A stretch of 64,000 nt of DNA from Bilabrum cf. latius (taxonomy: Eukaryota). A model generated the notes under the pieces. It worked only from the letters and a program-made list of their open reading frames with translations. It did not search any database and was not told the origin of the DNA. How positions within the stretch are numbered: the stretch's first letter is position 1; the number at the start of each line of letters is the position of its first letter. A program made the position numbers and the translations under genes. The stretch is from the NCBI GenBank assembly GCA_965178125.1, contig OZ237747.1, positions 558,001-622,000 of the forward strand. The letters run 5' to 3'. Shown here piece by piece: positions 34,553-47,998 of this stretch.

Positions 34553-37500
34553 ATGGCACTTCGCATGGTTTAGGCGCACGGGGCGCCGCGCGCGTCATGG
34601 CCAGAGCGAGTTTACACAAATCTGTAGCAGGGCCTGTTTGGGCTGGGATTTACCTTTAGCAAGGACGTGGCTGAGGATTCCAGGTGGATGTTCCTGCTGT
34701 TCGCCGCCGTCGCAGAGATGCAGACAATGAGCTTCGTCCTCAACGACTCTGGTATGCTACCATGGCGAGCATCAAGGGTCTTTGCACCTATTGTGTCGAG
34801 CATTAGCTTCCTCGGCGAGCCGTTTGATCCCGAGCGTAACCCTACGGGTTACTTTGTCGTCCTTACTCTAGGAGCTTCTTACGTGGCGGCTTTTCTTGCT
34901 CTCGCCGGCTCGGCTGCGCGCAACTTCGTCTTGGAGCAACCCCAGGCTCCGTATCTTATCAAGGCGCTACGTTTGGTCGCCTCCGCATCCACAGGAGTCC
35001 TCTTCCTGCCTATTTCGGGCTTCCTGCTTCGGGGCGCGTCGTGCCCCAACGAGGACCGCCAGTGGCTGCGCACTGGGATTGATTGCGGTTCGCCGGCGCA
35101 CATGGTGCTCTCTACGATATTTTCCCTCCTCACGCTCGGCTTCAGCGCGCTCTCTCTCTTTGTCGCCGCCGTGTTCGTGGACCGACGGCCTGACTCACCT
35201 GCGTGGGGGGCTATGAGCACCGGCAGGGCGGCCGTGATAAATTTGTTGATGCGACTAGGACTTTCCTTCTCCTTCTCCATCCTGCGGAATTAGGTTGTGG
35301 GTACGACCGGCTTTTCACTACTTTTGCTGTTCCTCGGGCTGGCGAAAGTGTACCAGTACGCCGTGTGGGCCCCCTACACGCACCGGGACATCAACTCCTT
35401 TTTTGCCGCCTCAGGAGCTGCATTTTCCGTCGCGTCGGGCAGCCTGCTGGTCGCGCAGTACGTGGGATCGGAAGCTGCTTCTATGGGTATCCTAGCGGCC
35501 GTCCCGCTTGCGGCCATCGCGACATTCAACGTCGTGAGTCGGAGACTGGATGCCGTGGGCAGGCAACCGCTTCAGAAATGTGCGTCTGTCACAGACATGC
35601 ACCTGTGGGGCAGGCGGCGGCTGCAGAGGCGGGCTGTCTTCAAGCAGGTGCTAGAGCGAGTGAGCACTGATGGGGAGGCATACCAGTCGCAGGTGCACGT
35701 ACCTGGCAGGCGCGGGGGAGGTGACGGGCTAGAGGCCAAGGCCGGTGCGGACTTGGATAGCGGGGAGCAGTACTCGGGTGGCGGTGGGTCAAGTAGCAGC
35801 GTGACGGGGGGAGGAAAAGACTCGGACACCGAAGACGGTGCAAGCATCATGTCTGCCGCCCCGGAAGGGGACGGTGCATCAGTCGGATCATCGCGCCGGC
35901 GGGTGGGGAGGGGGCACCGGGAGGCCGCGGGGGGCATCCCGGGGCGGCTTGGGGGTGCCGACTACCGCGGAGTGCATTTGTCGGGCGCCGAGCATCTTAC
36001 GGCGGAGCAGTTACGTGCAGAAATCGTGCTGCTGGAACAGGAGGCGCGAAGAGCCTACGAGGGGGCAGCGGAGACGTTTTCCACAGACGAACAGGCCTTC
36101 ATCGGGCTGTCAATCTTCGAGAGGTCGACCAGCAGGTACAGGTACCGCGAGTGCGTGGCGCTGTCGCAGGTTCTCAAGTGCTCCCCGCCTCTCGACTCGA
36201 GGTACTACATCGCCCAGCGAGTGAGGGACATGCGTGAGTCGGACGGCGTGGGATTGAGCTCAGTTGATCGAGTGCTCTTCGACTCTGCCCTGCGAGAGAC
36301 CTCTCAACTGAGGGTGGCGGCGTACCAGCTCCTGGTGCGCATGTTCACGCACTTAACCGTCGACTGCCCCGACCTCTCGGACCTGCTCGATACCAGCGTG
36401 GCTCTGCATACCACGGTGGAGCGCGCCGATGAGGCCTATCGCAGGCTCTTTAGCTTCCACAGCGACAATGCAACCCTGCTACGACAGTATGCCTCCTACC
36501 TTTCCGACTTCCGCGCTGATCAGACCAGGGTCACCGAGCTTCTTAACCAGGCTCAGAGGGTGCAAGAGCAGTCCCGCAAGCAGAAGTAGAAGGTGCTGAG
36601 GGCGGTCAAGTTTGGTGCCGTGCAGTAGGACTAGAGCCTGTTCGACGAGTCCGCCGCCATCATCACCATTTCTGCAGCTCCGTTCCGCCTCGGGCAGATC
36701 TTGCACGCCTCCCAGTCGGCCTGCCGCCTCTTCAACTTCGCTCCGCACCAGATCATCGGGCAGAACGTGAGCATCATTGTCCCTCATCCCCTGGACACCG
36801 TACACAACCAGATGCTGCAGGCATTCTCCAAGCGCAACCGCCGCAGTCGGGTTGTGGGACAGACCCGCCTGCTCTTCGGCCGCCGCAAGGGGGGCTCCAT
36901 CCTGCCCATTTACCTGGCTGTCAACGAGGCACCCCCCGACCAGGCCACAGCAGAGCCGCGCATCTCGGCAGAGATCTCTCAGGTCACCACGGAGCAGAAC
37001 TTCGTCCTATTTGGAGGATCGCAGCAGAACTTCTAGATCTATTCTGCAACCCCCGGATCTCTGGCCCTTATTGGCGTGGAGCCAGAGGACCTGGAGTAGG
37101 ACGTGATCAGCATGAGCCAGTACTTCCCCTCGGTAGAGTCCACTTTCCGGGAGCATGTGCAGCTGAGCACAGAGCACATCCGTGCGGTGGCCAACACACC
37201 AGGCGTGGTGGACCTCTTTCAGTGCCTGGGGAGGGCAGAAGTGCTGCGCAAGCACGCACAGGGGCACGGAGGACGAAGCAGGGTGAAGATGATGGGGGAA
37301 GTGGAAGCTGGTGGTCGAAATGCTGGTGCGGGTAGTGAAAGGACCAGGGATACTGAGTAGGCCCGCCACCATCCAAAGCTCCGGAGAGGAAGCAGTTCCT
37401 TAAAGGATCTTCGAGGCGGAGCGGCAGGAGGTGGAGTGCCCGTTGCTAGTGGCAGTTTTAGGTCAGGAGGAGGGGGGCACTTTGTTCAGGGCAGTGGAAA

Positions 37501-40500
37501 AACAGCCCAGATCAAAGAGGCCACTTCTGGTCCCTGCGCGAATGAGGCACTACTCCGTTCCATGCAACACCTGCACAAGCCAGGATTGATCCCTGTGCGG
37601 ACCAGGAGCGGAGAGAACCTGGTGGTAGGGTAGGTGCAGGTAGCTCGGGTGTCCATCTTCGGCACGCTCAACATCCTGGGCTGGCACGCGGTGCGCAAGC
37701 CGCAGGCAGCAGCTCAGATGAAGCGGGTGGTATCTCTCGTGGGCGCGGCAAATAAGATGCACAGCAGCGACGAAGAGAAAGGTACAAAAGCGTCTTCGAA
37801 TGATGTCGGAGATCTGGGCATCACTGTGCCAAGCCGGTTGGAGGCTGTCAGTCCTATCGTTGCTAGAGAAGGGGCAGGTGGGGCCTCAATTGTCTCGAGT
37901 GCGGCTGGAGTTGAAGGAGGCGCGCGCGTTGGCAAGACGCCAGACTCTGGCAGGTCTAACCCACAGGATAGAACCGCCAGGTCTGTCGGTGCAAGCCTGC
38001 CCGGGATGGTTGAGGAGGCGGATGTGGATGGCCATGGGGCAGTGCAAGGGCGGGAAGAGGAGGAGCTGTTGAGGGGCAGTCGCGGAAGTAACCAAGAAGA
38101 TCCTATGCGCGTGATTTCCTCCTTTGGAACAATGAAAGAGGGGATGGTAAGCAAAACCAGCAGAAGTGGCAGTGGAGATGAGGACGATGGAGAGGAAGAG
38201 GAGCGTGGAACCGGCCACAGAGCGCCAGGGTCGCGTGCTGTAGCTCAGGGTGAACGGGTCACACTGGCAAGATCCAGATGGCAGCAGGACGACGAGTTGG
38301 TAGACAATGGTGATATAGTGGCGCAAGAGGGTGACGAGGAGGCCACTGAGGCGGAAGAGAAGGGGGCAAGATGGAGTCGTGGAGCAGGTGCTCAGGGTGG
38401 GCGGGCCCTGCTCAGGGGCGCCCTGAGGCCGCACCACCGCCTTGTTGAATGGAAGCAGGGCAAGGAACCTGACAGCCCATCGCGCAGGTTGAGCGAAGAC
38501 GGGCAGTTGCTGGCTGCATCGGACAGCAAGCCCTCTCGCATGGTGGACATGAGTGAGGAGGCGCCTTTGAAGGGGCGCAGGAGGGACAAGTTGGACTCGA
38601 TGATGACCGACGGAGGTCGGCATCACGATGACGCTGACCCGGGGCAGGCAACGTCCGAGCATGGGGCGGCCTCCACTAGTGGCAGGAGTGCTCTAGGATC
38701 GGCTATGGCCATGGCGGGGGGATCCACCGAGTCCTAGATTGCCATCTCCAACAGGTTCTTGGGCATCCAGGCCATTTTCGTCATCATCATGGGGGTAGTG
38801 GTCACCGTTTGGACTCGCAACTTCGTGACCGTGCTCAACGAGATGACGAACGCGGCCTGGCTGGTGGGTCGCAGGCAGCTGGCACTCCTGTCGGCAGAAA
38901 ACAAGCTCGTATGGATGGCCAACAGGAATGACATCCCTTTCCTCTCCCACTACGAGCCCACAATTGACGGTAGGACCATCCAGCCCGCTGCTTACCTACA
39001 TGATGCAGCTGGGCCAGGCCGCCGCCTGAATAACTACAACCTGACGCTCGTCAACCGTGAAGCCCTCCACGACCCTATCGCGCTGCAGGGTCTCATGCTC
39101 ATAGACGCAGACGAGGTGCAGGACGCCAACGGAAGGCTCTACGTCGCTATTGACCAGGGCGGCATCCCAGACTATTTCGAACTCACGGCCAAGCTGCCCA
39201 TCCTGCTGCCAGAGGAAACGGGAGGGGGCAGTCAGACCAAGACGGTGGCCGAGCAGCTGCACGAGCTGGTGGCTGCCTACCGCCGCGTTGCAAAAGGAGC
39301 CGTCGCAGCAGTCACCAGGCGACTCCGTGACGTGCAGTTTGTGATGCAGAATGCGGAGGAATTGGACCTCATGATGTCATTTGCCACCAGGAGGCACAAG
39401 GTTCGGCTGGAGACGGACATCGAGGAGTACGGAATGCAGGTGCTGCTCTTCGGTGCCGTGACCACGGGGATCATGTTGCTGGTAGGTGGGTCGTCGTTCG
39501 TGGTGCTTTTACGGCAGCTGGGCTTGAAGACGGAGAGGGTTCTGCAGGTGTTCATGATGATCTCGCAGGCCCAGGCCAAGCGACTGACGCAGTACTCGCA
39601 GCGGAGTCTGCAGGGTGTGCTGAACGAGACGCAGCAGATTCTGGAGGATGAGAGCGGGGAAGAGTCGGATGGGCAGGATTTTGATGATGACGCGCTTGAG
39701 GACGGAGGATTAAGGGTCGGGTTTGCGGAGAGTGATGCGATGCTGGGGATGGACGGTGCGTCTGGGATCTATGGAGGAGCAGGAAAGGTATCCGGCAAGA
39801 TGGACAGCGGGGTCAGCCCTTTGTCTGGGGGCAGTGATAAGCCTTATCTGCAACTGCAGTCGGGGCTCAAGACATCTGAAGCCAAGGGTAGCGCAGTAGG
39901 ACGAGCGGCTCCACACAAGGGTGTGGGGGTCGCAGAGCGTGGTGACAGCGTGTACGTGGGCACCAAGAGCATGCGGCAGGCACGCCAAGACATGCAGCAG
40001 CGGGCGCTCGACAAGGCCAAGGCAAATCTCCGGCCCTACTCAAATTCCTCCACGTACGTGTGCAGGTCTATCATTTGCCTGTTGCTGCCTGTATCTACGG
40101 TGCTGCTCTTCGCCGGTGCCTTGTTGTTGATTCAGGTAGAGCTCGGGCGCGACATTGGGACGCTCGTGAAGAGGGTTGTGGCGGCCCAGTCGCTGCAGGG
40201 ACGCACACAGCTGCTATCCACCAGGATGCAGATCATGGCTGAGGACGTCTACAAGCTGCACCACGCTCCTGATACCATCGATACCGACGAGGTCCGCGCC
40301 AATATCGAGCGGCAGGCCATCAAGATTGCCACGGGCACTCGCATCATCGAGCAGTTGACCTCGATGGTGACGTTTGGCGGCGAGGCGAGCGCTGACATGT
40401 TCCTCTTTGCTGACGGAGAGCGCGGTGAACTGCTGTATAACACCACCCTGAGGCATACCATGGTGCGCGGGATCAAGGAAAAAGGTGGGTTGCCAACGGA

Positions 40501-41491
40501 GAGCGGGATCTACCACGTGCTACATCGCGACGGCTGCGCTCCTGTCAACTACCTTTAGGTTGATATCGAGAGCATCGTGAAGCAGACCACCAAGCAGGCC
40601 ATTGTGCCGCCCACCTCCCCTGCACATTACGTGGAGCAGGTGATGAGGGACTGCTATGCGCTGCAGGATGGAATCGTTGCGGAGGGGCTCGTAGCAGCCG
40701 TTACCTCGTGGACGTTTGAGGCTCGGGACTTTGCGTCGAAGGTGTATGGAAACGTGACGGGGGGCGGAAGGGTGCAAGACGTGCTAGAGGAGACAGACCT
40801 CAATACGCCTCGGTTTCTCAGGGAGATACTCCTTGGGGATGAGGATGCGGATACAAAAGATGAGCTTGTCGATACTGAAGGGGGAGGTGGGTGGTCGGGC
40901 CTTCTGCGGAGGGCCTGGCGGGGCCGGGTCGACAAGGCAGAAGCGGAGGCAGCGCGAGCCATCGAAGAAGCGCAGCCGAGCCTCTCGGTCGCAAGAGCCA
41001 GTCGATCTACCCGTGGACTGCAGCAAGCCGAAATCGGATCAGCTGACCTGCCAGTTGGTCGCAACCGTACGCTTGGCTCCCTGGACCTTGCGGAGTACTG
41101 CCTGTACGAGGCGGACAAGCTGCGGGATATGTTCTCGCCCTACATGCAACATGCAACAGATGTGGCCCACGCGCAGTTCTACATGAGCATGATGGCTCGT
41201 CTGCACGATACGGGCAGGAACAGCGAGATCGCGACGTGGGTCTTCGCCGGATTCTTCACGGTCACCACGCTCATTTACATGGCGCAGCTCAAGCTGCTGC
41301 AGCTGCCCCTGCAGTCTGCCCGTCAGATGCTGGTGCTGCTACCGCAGCCGCTACTTTAGACCCACATTGCACTGCAGGCTGCCGTGAAGGAGGCTACGAG
41401 GGAGATGCAGAGCGGGGCGGGGACGGACTTGAAGTCCGGTTCGGGCTCAGAAGGAGGGGCACTAGGGGGTCAAGCGGGCATGGGGGTGTGA
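34553..41491 (+). CDS. Large multi-pass membrane PAS-domain protein, TmcB/TmcC (tiny macrocysts)-like, about 2312 aa
   Basis: Nine ORF-track fragments lie in one frame, joined only by TAG (13 in total). N-terminal TM bundle, TPR-like DNATLLRQYASYL, PAS domain ACRLFNFAPHQIIGQNVSIIVPHPLDTVHNQML, further TM segments. TGA 41489-41491. Confidence 0.85.
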
Positions 41492-41700
41492 GGACTGTTC
41501 AGCGCTGCTGTTACACAGTTCCTGTGTGGCTAGCGCTGTTTCAAGGTATGAATGGCATGGATCTACTAGCAAATCCAGCTGCAAGCGCGAGTCAGTCCCT
41601 CCCCGACCGCGAGATTATGTTTGCGGCAGTGAACTAAAATCTGTATGATTGCATATGGGCCTTGCAACCTAGTGTTTCCGATTGCACATAGTAAACTCGA

Positions 41701-44004
41701 TCACGTGCCAGCAGTCTCTGTCTCAGGCTTAGCGGCACCAGCACCAGGCGACTTCGCCGCCACCTTCACGACAGGCATATCCTCGGCGCGCTCTGGTCGC
41801 AAGGAGCGCTGCAGGAAATGCACCGCCTCCAGCTGAAACCCGTCCTTTCCTCCCCTGTCAGAGGAGCTGCCCCCTCCATTCACCACCTCAGGCCCGGCCG
41901 AAAACTTGAACCCCCTCAAGGTGCCATCGAGGGACAGTGCCCAGAGCACGTAACTTGGCTTCGAGTTGCCCTAACTTGATGCCGAAGCCGTCTCCCGCCC
42001 ATGAGATGCATCTGACCTCTAAACTTTGTAGCTGCCGTCTGGGACCAGGGCCAGCGAGCAAACGGTTGATCTGGGCAGGTGCAGCATGCCTGGGGCAATC
42101 ACCAGGTCAGTGCCGCCGTCCAGCCCGCCCGTGTACCACCGCGGCGGCACTCCGGGCACCTTGCTGTCGAACCCGACGATCTCCCGCCCTATTTTAGATT
42201 CCGAGTCGGATTTGCCCAGTCCCCGCAGCACGCCGGATAGAGCGCCAAGCACTCCTCCGCCCGAGCCACCCCCTGCGGATGCACCCTTCTCCTCTCTCCG
42301 GCTCTCTCTCGCCTTGCCTTTGCTACTGCGTCCACTGGTGCCCCTCCCATCAGCACCACCATGGGATGCACCCGTCTCCACTGTTCCGAGCCTGCAGACA
42401 ACAACAGACCTTGCCCCTTCCACGCCTCCTGCCCGCATGGCCATACTGGCTGCCCCTTTGACCACCCGGGACAAGGAGGCAGAGGCCGAGACAGAGCTGG
42501 TGGACCCGGACCCTGCCCCTTCCTCGACCGTGGCATCTGAGCCTCTGGTGGAGCGGCTGGGCGGCCGCAAGCCAGAAGCGGTGGAAGCAACACTGGCCCG
42601 TCCTCCCAGACCCGTACCAATCGCGATGCCCTCCCCGGTTTGTTCCTCCCTCTCCTCCCGGGCAGCACCGGGCCCCGACTCAGAGGCCCTCGCGGACCGG
42701 CCTCCGCTGCTCCTGGCCCCCACCACGAATGGCCCGGTTTCGTGCTCCATGGCAGCCGCATAGGCATCTGCATCGGCCGATGCCCGCCTAGCACGTGCGG
42801 CATTCAGGGCGTCCATCGGGGACGAACGTTCCTTGGGCTTCGCGGCCGTGGCTGCCGCCAAAGGTGGCGTTGGCTGGCTGGGCGTGCCCGCTGCGTGGGC
42901 GCTGTCACCTGTCCTAGCGATCGTGCTAGCTGTCATACCCTGGAAGACCTGGGTGCTCGTGCGAGCCATCTCTTTGGGCAGCGCAAACACGTGGATGGTA
43001 CGGCCGTCGCTCGCTACTGCTAGCAGCTCGGGCCATGACTGCGCTCGGTTGGTCGCAACCACACCGGTAGATCTCCCGGCGCCTGGCACGAGGCCCACAC
43101 CCAGAGAGGCCCCACCTGGCCGTGTATCGCCCGTGCTTGATGAGCTGCCTGCGGAGGCGCTTGTTCCCTGAAGATTGCGTGTTCCCTCCGCATCGCCTGA
43201 CCCCTTTGGCTCTGCATCGTTGCCACGCGCACTGGCACCGGGCTCCTCCCCACGACCAGCGGTTCCTAGCCCAGTGGGCCACTTCACGAAGCTGATTGCA
43301 GTGATACGGGCGGCAGAAGAGCCTCTCCTGTAGGATGCCACCCTTCGGCCCGTGCGCAGGTCGAACACCCTGACGAGTGTGCCGCTCACCGAGGCGGTAG
43401 CGAGGTAGAGGCCGCTGGAAGACACCGCCATCGCGACAAGGGGAGAGTCGTGCGCGGAAATTATGGTTCGTATCTTCATTGTCATCGCATCGTACACCGC
43501 GAGCTCGCCTGACCTCGAGCTCGACGGCACAACTACCCAGGTGTGGGAACCTGCGCACGCCACCGCACCCAATCCGAGCGGGTTGTCCGGTGTGCTCAGC
43601 GCCAGACGAAGCTCCGCGGTTGCAGGGTTCAGCACATGCACCATGCTTCGCTACACGGCAAGCAGAGTGGTGGGGGAAGCGTACAAGGCCAGCACTGGCC
43701 TAGGAAACAGAATCTTAACGATAGCCTCGACACTGCGATCGTCCTGCATGCATAGCAACTGAACTGAGCAGCCCGTTGGTGACCCATCCTGGCTTGCATA
43801 CGCAATGGCCAGGAGAGCTGAGCTGCCAACAAAAGTGCAGCAAGTTGGCCAAACCAAGTCATGCGAGTGCAGCGCATGACTTGCATCGCCGCTGCCAACC
43901 GTTGCAGCGGCAACTGGCGACCTGCCTGGAAGCAAAGACACAATCCTAGTGCCGTCTGACGTCCCAAGCGTCACGAAATTTCCAGATTCACTAAACTGTG
44001 CCAT
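41701..44004 (-). CDS. ATG18: PROPPIN (Atg18/WIPI family) WD40 protein with a long low-complexity insertion
   Basis: TPDNPLGL, ISAHDSPLVAMAVSSSGLYLATASVSGTLVRVFD, YRRGSSAARITAISF, LAVASDGRTIHVF. TAG at 43651, 42019 and 41971; TGA stop. The start is uncertain. Confidence 0.85.
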
Positions 44005-44286
44005 GGTCCGACGCAAAGAACTTCTAGTTGTCGCAATAGATAGCTTCGGTGTAGAGGCCGAGCAATACACCGTGCGATTCTTCGCTCCAGAAGCTTTTCA
44101 AGACAACAGCCCCCCTCCCTCAGATGTATAGTCGCTATTTATGAATACGGGAAAGACAATGCGCCACAACTCAATCGTGTTTTGTGCAGGGCCTAGAACA
44201 AAAAGTCGGAGAAAAATAAAGATGAAGACTAAAATGACAACACATCCATCTCCCCGGGGATTTAAGCGCACTTCTAGTGCGAGGCA

Positions 44287-46773
44287 ATGGATTTGGACGC
44301 CTCGCTCTTGAATAGCAAGAAAGGCAGCTAGTCAATACCAACTCCGTATGCCTTTGCAGTGCTGCCGCCGTCGTGGACTGTTGCCTTTCATGTCGTTTGC
44401 TTTTCGACGGAGGCTGTTGGTCTCGTGTGGTCTGGCCTCGACATCATTTAGAGAGCCAAGAAAGGCGAGGACAACCCTTTCCCATTTGGATCTATGTATG
44501 TGTTTTTAACGGTGTGGAATCTGACAATCAACGCTATTTTCTTCCTGTTCAGCTCTGCTGTGTCGATCGGCATCTGCCTGGAGCTGCGCGATGCGGCAGA
44601 GTCGCGCGACTGGGCCGACAAGTCAGCAATCGATGGAAATTCCGGTACTGATCAGGCGCAGGCTCGTTCGTTGTCGGATGGTACTCAATCGATCGGTTTT
44701 CGGCAGCCTAGCGGATTCGACATGCTCGGGGGCTTGACGAGCGACTACGAGGACCAAACGGGCGTCCTTGGCTCCGAGATTGGCGGTTATGCAAGCAACG
44801 ATACGTTTGGAGGCTCCGCTACGGGAACTGGATTGAGCAGCGACGACGTCTTTGGCTATGGCGCAGGCGCGACTGCTGTCGCTCCCAGCCCGTACCGGAG
44901 GTCTTCCAGCGCCGCCGCTGGCAGTCGCAACCTCGGCGGGTCACGGCCCTCGACCACGGTGACTGCGAGCTCGTACAATGGCTGGGCTCCCAATGACGGC
45001 CTGGGCAGGTCCGGTCGGTTCCTCTCGGGTCTCACGAGGGGGGCGATCGTGGTGCGGGACAGGCTGTTCGGGCTGGCCGTGACCGTGGGCGTGATGGTGG
45101 GCATCGGATACTGGGGGGTGCTGTTCCCCAACCCGGCCTACACGGACAAGTTCATCCACCATCCGAACGAGGCGGGCAAGTCCTCCATCATGCACGGAGC
45201 CATGGCCCTCTTCATCGTAGCCGAGCTCCTCCTGGTCAGACACCGCTGGGCTGCGCAGTGGTGGCAGGGCATGGCAGGCACCATGGCATTCGCAGCCGCG
45301 TACGTAGGATGGAACGTGCTCACGTTTGAGGAAAACGGAGTGTGGCCATATCCCAGCGTGCAAAAGCTGCTCTGGCACAGTCCAGGCGTGGCAGCAGCAG
45401 GGTACGCCGGCATCGTTGTGCTCGTCGGGACATTCCATCTTCAGCTGCGGTGGCTGAGCCTGTGGCACTGGTCCGCGCTGGACGCGGGCACTTGCGCTGC
45501 AGTGCAGTGCTGCTGCCACGGTAGGAGACACGTGCCGCCCGCTTGCCACCGGGAGCCGTGCTGCTGCTGCTGTCCAGGGAACAAGGTGGGCGTGACCTGC
45601 TTCCCGAACGAAGACCCTTTCTCTGACGGCGTGCCGCCCAGTCGGGTGACGGCTGGCAGGGAGAGCGACAGGCGACGCAGCAGCGGCGGCCGCGGCGGGG
45701 GTGGGTCGAGTGGAGGCGACATATTCGGGTATGCGGGCGCTGGGGCGAGCGGGGTGGGGGTGACTTCGAGAATGGAACATGCCGGGAACGGTTTCGGAGA
45801 AAACGATTCGTTGGGCCAGTCTGCTTCCGCTTTTGGTGGCTTCACAGAGGCGGGGTCAGGCAAGGATGCCATGGGTTTTGGAGAGGGCAATGGGGGCACT
45901 GGTCGCGGTGGTTTCGCGCACTACAATGGTCGCGCCGCGGAGCAGGAGAGCAGGGCCAGGGCCAGGGAACAGAAGGGAATCCGCGTTGGTGAGGTGGGTG
46001 CGGAGGCTGATCACAATTTCGGGTTTGGCGGGGGCGCACACCAGCACCAAGAAGACGCAAGCGGGGTGCGAGCGGGAGACGTGCTGGCGCAGGACGCGTT
46101 CGGCGTAGGGGGGACACTGGGGGCACTGGGGAGCAGCAGCGCTGCCAGTGGTGAGGGCGGGATGGGGGGGTTATTCGACCAGGACGTGCCCGGTGGTGGT
46201 GCTGCTGCTCGTGCCTTTCTCAAGACGCAGCAGGCTAGCGATAGACCCCCGGTTGCTGGAGGCAAGGCTGCCGGGGCAATGAGGACAGGTGCGGGTGCGG
46301 GTGCGGATGAGGGTGTGGGTGTGGGTGTGCGAGGGCTGCCGGAGGAGTCGCTGGGCACTGCCGGGGGGAGGGTGACGGACGTCGCAGCTGGCGGGCGGCG
46401 GTTCGTGCGGCGCGCGGTGGAGGACGATGATGACGATAGCAGTAGCAGCAGTGACGATGGTGACGAGCAGGAGTAGCCCGCCACTTCGTTGAGGAACAGG
46501 ACCACCCGCTCGACCGTGCCTCGCTCGGAATCGCCGTTGCCTGCCAGTTAGGCAGTGGCATAGGCTTCTGAGCACCGAGTGGATAGCGGTACCGCCAACG
46601 CCAGCAACGACGATCCGTTTGGAGGAGGGGCGGCAGATGACCCCTTCGGTGGCGGTGGGGGCGTGTCAAGTGATGCGTTCGGGGGCGGTGATTCGTTCGG
46701 CGCAGCTGGTGCGGTAGAGGGTGACGCGTATGACGCTGCAGCAGGCGGTGGGATCGGGGGAGGTTTGTTCTGA
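44287..46773 (+). CDS. FAR-17a/AIG1 (ADTRP)-family membrane hydrolase with a long Gly-rich C-terminal tail, about 828 aa
   Basis: FGSMYVFLTVWNL (catalytic Thr), GIGYWGV, SIMHG (catalytic His), GVWPYP. TAG at 44329, 44449, 46474, 46549 and 46561; TGA stop. Confidence 0.8.
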
Positions 46774-46878
46774 TGCGGACTGATTATTGAAGCCAGTGTG
46801 ACTTGCTTCCTTGGCCTTGTAGATTACACTACAGCCAGCTCCAGATCCAACGTGCAACAGCGGAGCCGGCATGGCGAT

Positions 46879-46889
46879 TGCGCGGCGCC
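46879..46889. promoter_or_regulatory. Motif TGCGCGGCGCC (copy 4), about 61 nt upstream of the ATG at 46951
   Basis: Exact 11-mer within TTGCGCGGCGCCAA. Confidence 0.5.
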
Positions 46890-46950
46890 AAGGTCGGTAG
46901 CCGGCTCTAGATCTATGATCATTGATCAACACCCCGCCACCCGACACAAA

Positions 46951-47805
46951 ATGCGCTTTGTTGGCTTCTTGTCATGCATTTTTGCAGCTGCAAGCTTAGC
47001 TGTGGTGTCAAACGCAGTGATTCTCCGTGGCCAATCTGGCGTTCTCGATGCTGTAAGTTGAAACCAATCGTCTGCTGCCGAGCTGCAGACTTTGACCAGC
47101 CATCGCCCTAGAGCTAGGGCTCTACTGATAAATTGTGATGCAAATTTCTCCCTTTAGTGGGCCGAACCAATCGCCGAGTCGGATTGCATCCTCCCAATGC
47201 ACAAACTGTCGCAGTCCACAGGTGGGTTGGAATCAACGGGGGCTGCTGAGAGCGACGCACAAGGCTCAAGCAAGTCGATACAGGTTACACGGGTTATTCC
47301 TGGCAGGCGATTTTACGCTGGCGACCATGCGGCGAACGGACGCAAATTCTCTGTGAAGGTGTACGAAAGGACCAGGCGCGGCATGAAGCTCATTAGGACG
47401 GAGAGCCGGATGGCCGGGCTGAAAGTGAGCAACTTTTTCAGGGAGAATCGGAGCAAGGGGTCATCAAAGAGCTTCACCTCCACCTGCAAGGTGTACTTCG
47501 GCGAGATAACCAAGGGCGTGTCCTCCACGAGCAGCGGTGGCAAGAGCCCGTACATGGGCAAGACCTACCGGTCATACTCCATCGAGGTCAAGCGCAGCAC
47601 AAAATACGAGGCCCAATGCTGGCTGCAGCAAAATACAAGCGGTTCCCTCGTCCTGTACTACGGCAGCAAGTCCAAGACCATCTGCGGGACCGACAGCCCC
47701 AGTGGGTATGAGGTCAAGCTGGGACGTTACAGCGCAACCCAGGTGGACAGGAACGGCAAGGAGACTTGCGAGATCAAGAAGGCTTCGAAGCCAAGCAAGC
47801 TTTGA
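46951..47805 (+). CDS. Secreted basic Ser/Lys-rich protein of unknown family
   Basis: Signal peptide MRFVGFLSCIFAAASLAVVSNA; intron donor GTAAGT at 47053 with acceptor probably at 47214 (uncertain). Strongly G/C-ending codons in 47350-47805. TGA stop. Confidence 0.7.
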
Positions 47806-47998
47806 TCTTCCTATTGAGGAAATGCTGGCGCCCGACGGCTCATTCAGAGTGCTCGCTTTTGTGTCTGGGTTGGGTGGGGTGGGGTTTCCCTTTCGGTGGC
47901 CTTGCTTGGAGGCTTCGTGTTGCAGCGTCTTTCGCTCAGCACAATTTTGCTGAACTCGAGTATGCTTTCACATGGGTGCACGACCCACAAATCCTGCA

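Noticed and set aside
34582-34592. Fifth, reverse-strand near-copy of the GCGCGGCGCC motif
   Set aside because: With TAG=Gln it lies inside the TmcB-like CDS (start 34553), and it lacks the flanking T.
34553-41491. Tiny introns removing each TAG
   Set aside because: The frame is conserved across every TAG, donor GT sites are not consistently present, and motif spacing requires exactly one residue. The real introns here are about 90-360 nt with GTRAG-type donors and YAG acceptors.
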